A stretch of DNA of 64,000 nucleotides. Origin: Eledone cirrhosa. Lineage: Eukaryota. Positions 55,246-64,000 of this stretch are shown here, piece after piece; positions within the stretch are counted from its first letter, which is position 1, and each line of letters begins with the position of its first letter. Position numbers and translations under genes: made by a program. The stretch is from assembly GCA_964016885.1 (NCBI GenBank), contig OZ024740.1:352718001-352782000 (forward strand), in the 5' to 3' direction. A model generated the notes under the pieces. It ran no database searches. It was given only the letters and a program-made list of their open reading frames with translations, and was not told where the DNA came from.

Positions 55246-55627
55246 TTTTGAATATATGTTAATTTAAAATAGTATAGTAAAAGAAACCCTATGTTAAAGC
55301 AGCTTACTTTAAGCTAACATACATTCATAATTCATAATTTGCTCAAAGCTTGAAAAAACGATTGTTTTTTTTTTCATCCATTGGCTGAAAGATAAGGCTT
55401 GAAAAGATGGGTAAGTGATCAACTTTGCTTTGGTGTATTGGTAGCACAACTGTCTGACATATAACAAGTGTGAGTTTGAGTCCCATAGGTGATGCTGTCT
55501 ACTTTTGTCCATCTCTAGTGGCTTATGCTCAACTATCTTTCATAGTAAAAAAAATCTACTTTGAAGCAGCTTACTTAGAGTTAACATACACTCAACTGTC
55601 ATAATTGCTTCGTAAATATCATTAGTT

Positions 55628-56400
55628 ATCTATCTATATATATCTAAAATTCTTTGTCTCTCTGTCTGTCCTTTCCTTATGCATTCTCAAATGGCTCAAT
55701 CAAATCAAATTTTACAAGGTAATAGTATTAGTCCTTGGGATTAACAACATGTAATTTTTATTTTCATTTGGATTAAAACAATATAACATTTTATCTAACA
55801 CATTAGGCCCTAGTAAATTACATACATATACATCTTCATGTAAATATTTAATCAGACACACAGAGAATTAAACACACACACATCTACACATGTGTGACTG
55901 ACAAGTATATGTGTGTGAGTGTGTGTGAGTATACATACATTTCTGTGACAACTGACATAAACGCTGGGTGACACTATGTGTCTGTGTGTGTTTTTTATAA
56001 ATTTGTGTAAGTATGTGTGCCTGTTCGTTCGTGAAACTCTGTGTGTTTGTATGAATGTATGTCTGTGTTCCATTTGAATTTAAGAGGCTTCAGTTTCCAG
56101 TCAAACTAAGTTTTGTTATTTCAATTAACAAATCTCAGGGACAATCTCTCAAGGTAGTTGGACTACATGTTTCTCCCACTACATGTTTCTCCCACAGTCA
56201 ACTTTATATTGGTTGCCCACGAGTTGAAAGTAGCAACAATTTATTCATTTAGACACCAACAAAAAATTACACAATGAATATTGTTTACCCCGAGGTGCTT
56301 CAAGATTGACAGATTTTTAATAAAATAAAATCTCCATAGAATCATTGTCCAATAATAATATTTTATACAAGGCAATAATAAAGTATTTAGTTTTATCCTT
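55628..56400 (+). mobile_element. Deleted Helitron retaining the PIF1-like helicase C-terminus (56065-56310)
   Basis: VPFEFKRLQFPVKLSFVISINKSQGQSLKVVGL...CFSHSQLYIGCPRV...NIVYPEVL; 5' end TCTATCTATATATATCTAAAA...TGTCTGTC. Confidence 0.85.
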
Positions 56401-56619
56401 CAGCATTTTATCTGGGTTAACTTTACCTCTTGTCCTCCTAAAGTCAATAACATAAATAGCACTAATATCTCTTTTCCATGATCTGCTGCAAACAATGACA
56501 GTGTTTCTATTTCAAAGATATAAATGTAGAGGGTTCTCAGAAATTGAAAAGACTCTCTGCTGTTGATACTCAACTTATAAAACTTTTATGCTTGTAATTG
56601 TTAATATTGATTAATTATT

Positions 56620-59495
56620 GTAGGGGGGTGCTAGGGTGGCGCTGGAAAGCTCTTTACTTTGGTAGGTTTTATAAGCCATATTTGTACGTCACTGAGACAA
56701 CCAGTGTGAATGCATTTGAATGAGCATGCAGATAGCATAACTATGCGAGCACGTGTGCAAGCGTGCCTAGATATTAACCAGCAATTGAGATCCCCAAACT
56801 GGAAAAATCTACAGTCAACTGGGTCAAGGACACTTTGAGCACAGCCAGTTAGAATCTTGTCTCCCCTTCACCGATAACAATGTATTTCATGTCTGAAATT
56901 ATTGACTCAATGCAACGAGTTTTCACTGATGGTAGTGCATTAAGGTAAGGATGACAATTTCAGTAACATCAACTTAATAAGTAATGTATCTTAACTTAGT
57001 ATTATCGCGTCTTATCACTACGTCGTCTTAGCGACAAGAGCAACATTATTCATGAATTGAATTCACTGACCCGTTCATCACTGTGTTTGGTTTGACCTCG
57101 ATACTTCAGCTCATTCTTACTAACATTCAGTTTACTTGACCTCATCGTCTCTTCATTGCATTTCCACATCGTTTATTCTATAACTAGGTTGTTGCTATTC
57201 CTATATAAACTGACTGACTGTGGCTGTATTCTACTACATATTATGATCAAGTCTTCTGTTATAGCCTTGGGCTTAAGGAAGGGCTTTTGCAGTCTTCAAC
57301 AGTCATCCATTACAATTGCAGCATCATTACAGTTGCGTTTATTACAAAGTGTTATTCCAGAACATTACTTGAAACTTTATCATACTGGACTTTATCATAC
57401 TGGACTCATTGTAGCAAGTTACTCATACATAATTTTATAGGCTTATATAGGCGATTCTTTGCGTGATTTTACCAAACACTTTCGATAAACAGGAAATGGC
57501 CTCAGCAATGAAGAAAAAATGGAGGCAGTACAGCGTTGATTACTTATGGTTCAGATTCATCCCATCGCCGTCGAACCACCTGTCACCCATGTGTTTAATT
57601 TGTAAGGAGTTCTTTTCAAATGAGTCGATGAAGCCATCGCGTTTGAATAGACACTTGGAGATGAGACACTTGGATAAGGGATATAAAGATTTAGCACACT
57701 TTCAGACTCTTAGGGACCAATTTCAGAAAACAACACTGATTTCTGCCTTTTCAAAAGTTGAAGCTTCAAATGTTGATGGACTTGTTGCATCTTACAATAT
57801 TGCCAACATAATTGCAAAGTGTGGTAAGCCCCATTCCTTGGGTGAAACATTGGTAGTTCCTGACATCTCAGAAGTTCTTTCAACAGTACTACATCAGAAC
57901 CCATTAAAGACCTTGAAATGTCACAACTCAATAAGGAGACGAAATGCAGGAAAATGTTGAACACAAATTATGCAACATCTTGTAATCGATACAATTTGCT
58001 TTGCAACTTGATGAAAGCACGCTTTCCGAGAATCAGTCCTTACTACTGGGTTACGTGTGATTTTTCCACGAAAACGAAATGCATGAGGAGCTTCCATTCA
58101 CTCTGAATTTAGCCACAGATACTGTGCCACCATCTTTGAATCTGTCAAGCAATAACTCGAAGAGAAAGCGATAACTCTTAACAACATTGTATCATGTGCT
58201 ACGGACGGCGCAAGAACAATGGTCGGCCAACATAAGGGTTTTGTCACTCTTCTGAAGAGAGAAAATCCATCTGTATTTGCTGTTCATTGTGTCATTCATC
58301 AACAACACTTGGCTGCGAAGAAACTCAGCGAGCCACTGAGCAAGTCTTTGCAGGTGGCCATTGATGTCATTAATTTTATCAAATACCATGCTCTCAATGA
58401 ACGAATTTCTTGGCAACTGTGACAAGATAATGACGAAGAATTCGTTGAGTTGCTCCTTCATACTGAAGTGAGGTGGCTTTCAAAGGGCCTTACTTGCTTC
58501 TTTGAACTGTTCGACGCTATCATGGAGTTTCTTCGAGGATGCAACACAGAACTGTACAAGGCAAGACTGCGCCTACCTCGCTGACATCTTCGACAAATAC
58601 AATAGCCTCATTATGGCTTTGCAAGGGGAGATCACCTAGCTTAAAGCAAGGAATGCTGTGAAAACATTCCTGGCCAAATTGAATGTCACCAAAAGGAATC
58701 TTTGTCGATGGGAATTCTATAATTTTCCTAGTGTTGCCAATGTTCAAATCATTGTGAGCGATGACCAACTCCAAATTTATACTGCTCACCTCCGTGCACT
58801 ACAAGACAACATGAGAGAACGGATGGTCAACCTTTTGCAGATGGACATCCCAATGTGGATAGTAGATCCCTTCATAGCTAATGTCGACGATTTGGACATT
58901 AAATTTCAGGAAGAATTCATTGAACCTCAAACAGATGACATGAATAAAATTAGATTTTCCAAAATAGGTGAACCCTTTTTTGGATGCAAGAGGAAATTCA
59001 GCGTCGATTTCCACTCCTACATGAAGGGGCTAAGAGATTTGCTCTGCCTTTTCCAAGCTCATACTTAGTCGTGAAGAGGTTTGGTGCTGTTTTCAGACAG
59101 CACAGTAAGGCTCACAACCGCTACAATGTAATTACATGTGGAGATCTCTGGCTACATCTTACGAAAATCCAGCCTGATGTCAAAGAGTTAGCTAGACTCC
59201 ATGAAGCTCAAGGGTCTCATTGAAATGAGGTCAAAGTTAAAGTCAGTCGATTTATCTGAAAACTTGGATATACTATTGTTACGAAGCAAACTAACCATTT
59301 TTTAATTTGTAGTTGCAGTCTGACTGGACTGGAAACCATCTACCACAATTTACTTACTCATTTGTTGTATATATTTTACCATTTACTAATAACCCTCTTA
59401 TGTGGTCATGAAAACCCTCTTTCGTGGTCTCTCAGCTGATTTCGAGGGGCAAAATGGGTTGAGAACCTGGCCAAATGGGTTGAGAACCTGTGTTT
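56620..59495 (+). mobile_element. Degenerate hAT Charlie/Buster transposon (ZBED5/FAM200-like transposase, 57496-59223)
   Basis: BED finger PMCLIC...NESMKPSRLNRHL..RH, LQLDEST, TDGARTMVG, VHCVIHQQHL, LLLHTEVRWLSKG, PFPSSYLV..RF; frameshifts and stops; 3' end GGTTGAGAACC. Confidence 0.92.
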
Positions 59496-60244
59496 TAGAT
59501 GATGGTTCTGAGTTTAAATATCATTGAGAAAAATAGTTTCCATATTTCCAAACCTGTGAAGCAGAGAGGAGAACCTGCTGTTGTCAGCGAGACAAATGAA
59601 ATGAAGTAGTGATGTGCTGCTTAGAAGAAGCACAACCGTGGCTGTAGTCCGTTTTGAACCCATGACCATGTTATTAGTAATCAAGCACATCCCCCATACA
59701 GCCATTATGTCCTTCAGCTGATTAATTAAAGTATGTAATTGAAGATTTAAAATTTTTTAAATTGAAACCATAAACACTCTTGTTGCCTATTTTAGAATAT
59801 GGAGGGTTTAGATGAATGTAACTAATACTAAAGTTTTTATTAATATTTAAAGTTTTCATGTCTGAGAATGACAACCGCACCGATATTGTAAGTTTGGAAA
59901 ATAAATATCTATTCATACCATAGTACTCTTTGTACATTGGTGATGCAAATTTTGCTTATATAAGAAAAAAGAACTAAATTTGAAAAAGAAAATAAATAGA
60001 TCAGACAGTTTTAGATATATTACAGATGGTGGCTGCAATGATATCATTATAAGCATCAGCTTAATGATAATGATGTTGTAAAGTATTTTAAAAGGAGTTT
60101 AGAATTATTTTCTCTAGTTATCAAGTAAGAAATTTTCTCTGCAGACCAGTTAAATATATTTTTCAGATGTACAGCAAAATTAGAACCATTGTTTAAAATT
60201 AAATTGGGCATTCTCTAACTTCTATGCACACATGCATATATATA

Positions 60245-61111
60245 CAGGGTGCAGACGATATTTGTTCGCAAGATTACTGTCTAGGAAAAAAATAACACAG
60301 TAGTTTTATTTTTTAAGATATATTTATCAAACTTGGGTCAGTTTTTCTTCATGACTTGTTCTTTCGATCTCACTCGATAAACCAGCCATTGGCTTTGATG
60401 ATGGCCTCAAGGCGGACTTGGAACCGGCTACAGGCCTTCGTCACTGTCCCCCGACTTAGGCCCCTAAAGGCACTTGTGATCTTGGCCTTCAGATTGTCTT
60501 TCGTATTGCAGCTAGATATGTTGGTGTCTCGTTCCACTGCGCCCCACACAAAGAAGTCGAGGGGGTTGCAGTCAGGCGAGCTGGGAGTCCAGATGTCAGG
60601 TGAAGTGTGGTCGACGAAGTTCTCTGGTATGGCAGGGCGCTGAGTCTTGCTGCCACACGTACAGCCTACATGCAGCTACCTGGTCGATCCAGGGCTTTAC
60701 TACCTCGCTCAGAACGCGGATGTAGCCATCGGTGTTCAGCTTGAGGCCCTCAGGGAAGAAGTGAGGTGGCATGACGTCACCTTGACTGCTGACGACACCT
60801 AAGACTATTGTTGTCGCTGGAAACTTTGTCTGCATGACTCTGGGCACGTTTTTGGATGAGACAGCGAGCCACCTGTTGTTCTGGGAGTTGATCTTTTGGC
60901 CTTATTTGTCCTCCCGGCGCGGATTCCAAGAAGAACTCCGTGTCTCTTCCACAAATTTGGAGGTTCAAAATTATTCATAATCAATTATTCTGAAAATAAA
61001 TAATGGAAATATAGTCACTGTTTTTATGAAGACAAGAGTGACAACGGAAGTAAAAAAAAATTGCATAAAATTAGCAGTTGAAAATTGCGAACAAATATCG
61101 TCCACACCCTG
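60245..61111 (-). mobile_element. Internally deleted Tc1/mariner element of maT (DD37D)-like type
   Basis: TIR CAGGGTG(CA/TG)GACGATATTTGTTCGCAA at both ends with TA TSD; TKFPAT.IVLGVVSS.G, WQQDSAPCHT, WTPSSPDCNPLDFFVWG; N-terminal half missing. Confidence 0.92.
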
Positions 61112-61123
61112 TATATATATAAT

Positions 61124-61325
61124 TGTTTCTGACAAAATTAATAATTGTTTCTACTTTTGGCACAAGGCCAGCAATTACCCAGTACATTACTGGTACTTTA
61201 TTTTATCGACCCCGTAAGGATGAAAGGCAAAGTTAACCTCGGCGGGATTTGAACTCAGAATGGCAAGGACCGTAACTCTATGCGTCAAAGCAAGGCATCT
61301 GACTCTCTACCGATACTGCCAATCC
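61124..61325 (-). mobile_element. Young tRNA-derived SINE with target-site duplication
   Basis: Family sequence flanked by cctg(ta)n-at repeats at 61108-61123 and 61327-61344. Confidence 0.9.
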
Positions 61326-61929
61326 ACCTGTATATATATATAATGTGTGTGTGTGTGTGTGGTGGTGTAGGTGCCACAACAAAAAGCACCCAGCATACAC
61401 TGTAAATGTGGTTGACGTTAGGAAGGGTATCCAGCCATAGAAACTTAGCCAGAAACCATTCTATATGAGTATTATATGATCACCTGACCCAACTTGCCTC
61501 AAATGCGACAACCCATGCTAGTGCGGAAAATGGACGTTAAATGATGATAATAATGATATGTATATATAAAATTAAGAGGTTCACTCCAACATCGCTGTAT
61601 ACATATACGTATGTGTATTTTGTATATCTAATGATGTTTACAGATAAACATTTGAAAGTCTTTAGCTATGAATTTTGGAAGCTGATGGCATGGCACCACC
61701 TAGCGAGGTACCAGCAGAAGCAAGAGGAAATTAGAGATGACCGTTTCTGACTGATGGTCATTATCAATGCATTGTTCCCCATTACCTCGCTTTCTGCTGG
61801 AACTCAATATAGGCAAAAACATATTGTTTGATGCCTATGTACATGGGCTGATTAGCCTCATTTGCATGATGTTGGTTTTAGTAAAAAAGAAGGGTCTGTG
61901 TTCATTATCTTTGCAGACTATCTGAGACT

Positions 61930-62690
61930 GGTGAGATGAATGTGGCTGTAAATCAATGTCTGTATGAGAAATATGAGCTGGAAAGAATTTCCAGAGGGTT
62001 GTCATTCTAGGGACGAAGGATTAGGTATACTGGTTAGTACAGTGTCTGGGGAGGAAGACATAGAATGGGTGAGAATAAAAAATCTTGCTGTATGGGTGGG
62101 CTTGGATTGAAGTGGTATGCAATTAGCTAGCTTTGAGGATCAGAGCCTGTAGTAGTAGTAGTATTAGTAGTAGTAGAAGAGGCAGTGAGGTGATAGTTTG
62201 TGTGTGAACTAGAGGCTGGAGTGTTGGTGAAATAGATTTTGCCAATCGGGATGGTTTTGTTTCAGATGTGGTCAAGGATGGTTTTGTGTGCAGCAGCACC
62301 ATCACTACCAACATCCCTGTTGTGGAAGCAATGTTCCATTGTGGCTATCATTTGAGCTTTGTAGAGAGGGAGCAGTTGTTTGGGACTGAAGTATTTTCTG
62401 GCACTAAAAAAAAGGGCTGGTTTTTGAGATGTAATTTTTGCTATGTTGAGATCACAAGTAAAATCATTAGGGCATGTTAAGCATTACATTTGTTGTCATT
62501 TTCAGAGTTTTAATGGTGTATTGTGTAAGCTTGCCACTTCAAACAGTCTGTCTAGGTTTGAGTCCTTTTTTAAATACCAGATTGGTCTTTGAGGGAAGTT
62601 TCACTGTATTTCCTGCAGGTTGAGCTACTGTGTAAAGGTTGTCTTGTTGTTGTTGAATTTTAGCTCCAGGTCAGCATTGATCAATCAAAT
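61930..62690 (-). mobile_element. CR1/L2-like LINE 3' fragment
   Basis: Minus frames SLYKAQMIATMEHC and SFVPRMTTLWKFFP resemble LYKAQIRP.LEYC and SFFPRT..LWN.LP. Confidence 0.6.
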
Positions 62691-63459
62691 AGATGATGAA
62701 ATATGTTCCAGCCATGACCATGTCGTCTTTTTGGGAGATAATGCATCTAAAACTACATTATCTAATGTGTCCTTTTTTGAGAGGTGAGGTAGGGGAATTG
62801 ACTGTGATTTCTAACAAGTTCACTGACTGCATAGAGGTTCTTTTATTGCTTTATAGTGGCTTCCAGTTAATTAACTGTGAAGAGGCACATTCATTGGCTC
62901 TTATTTTCCTTTTTGTGATTTTTGACTCAGGGTCACCCCTGACCCAGCACACTTATGGTTAAAAGCATTCCAGTTGTGATCATCCCATCTTTCTTTCAGT
63001 CTTGAAATTGAATAGCTTAATGTGTTTTTCCTTTTTTTAAGATGGTTGTTTGCAGAACATTTGGTTATTATTTTTAGCAAGTTGAACAACCACCTTAAGA
63101 TTCCTTCCTTAACCTGTGTGGTTCTCTTTGCGAATTTGTTAAGATGTCGACATTGAGTCAATTGAGAAAACTTACACAGTAGTTCTTTCTTTATTTTCTA
63201 AAGATAGACTCTTTAAATGGCCCACAATTAAAAAGTAAGAGTTATTTCTAAAAGTGGACACATGAACTTTTAATGAGAATAGATTATGAGAAATGAATGA
63301 ACAAGTCTTTCATGTTGGTAATTCCTGGAGACCTGCTGTTAAGTGTATGTCACTAATTGTATTCAAGTAAATAATTGAATTACAGAGTGTAACGTCTGCC
63401 AATGTGTGAAATTATCATTACTATTATGATTAATTTACAACAACAAAAGGCATTTTAAG

Positions 63460-64000
63460 ACCATCTCCCCTGCTAAAGCAGGCGTTAACTTTGTGGGCAC
63501 CATGACAAGCTTCTCCAATTTTTCATATTGGCTGTTTCGCCCCATCAACCTCTTGGCTTTCATTTCCTCCACCATCATTTTTATCTATGTTTTTCTTGGT
63601 CTTCTTCTTCCACATTCCTTTCCATCACTCCTCTCACTTAGTTACTTTCATCCTTCCTCAACACATAACCCAACCATCTTATTCCATTTCTATTCACATT
63701 TATCACTGCTATTTCCAGCATTCTCTGCAATCCATTGTTAGTCTGACTCACTCTCAGTGATACTCTACTCATCCACTGGACCATTCTCATTTCTGTTCTT
63801 TCCAGCCTTCTCTGTTGCTCCAAATCTATCATCCATGTCTTTCTCCCATAAATCAGGGCACTCCTCATACATGCAGCATACACCTATCCTCTCAGTTTCA
63901 ACGACACATCCAAGCACTCTCAAGTTCATTTATGTCATCTTCTAACATAGTTTCTCTCTTAGAGTCTCCCAAACTGTTGCTTCTTTTAACCTCCACACCT
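63460..64000 (-). mobile_element. RTE LINE C-terminal fragment
   Basis: YAACMRSALIYGRKTW...RRLERTEMRMVQWM...IRWLGYVLRK. Confidence 0.85.

Noticed and set aside
56055-56310. Host PIF1 helicase exon
   Set aside because: In-frame stop, no other exons, and Helitron-type 5' end and microsatellite context.
57463-59223. Domesticated ZBED5/FAM200-type host gene
   Set aside because: Multiple frameshifts and stops plus a transposon end; it is a dead hAT copy.

Overview
AT-rich, microsatellite- and transposon-dense animal genomic DNA. The repeat repertoire looks octopus/cephalopod-like, which is an inference and was not checked against a database. The only host gene I can support is the MYST histone acetyltransferase KAT8/MOF on the + strand: nine GT-AG coding exons from 1740 to 17237 splice in frame to about 389 aa, and the first exon is probably just upstream of the window. 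The rest is a mosaic of decayed elements: RTE, CR1-like, CRE-like and Penelope-like retroelements, tRNA-derived SINEs, TTAA-flanked MITEs, mariner, maT/Tc1, hAT-Charlie and Helitron pieces, several of them nested. Best leads: (1) a near-perfect 101-bp foldback at 32825-33111 whose two arms each encode a minimal variant-core hammerhead ribozyme of the Penelope type, one per strand; (2) a variable-copy 48-nt hairpin array with compensatory base changes in the 3' tail shared by the RTE LINE and a partner SINE; (3) inverted repeat pairs flanking KAT8 exons; (4) pre-miRNA-sized hairpins in a CpG-retaining zone at 22.4-26.7 kb. Coordinates were counted by hand. Exon boundaries were checked by frame, and transposon boundaries are approximate unless TIR/TSD positions are given.
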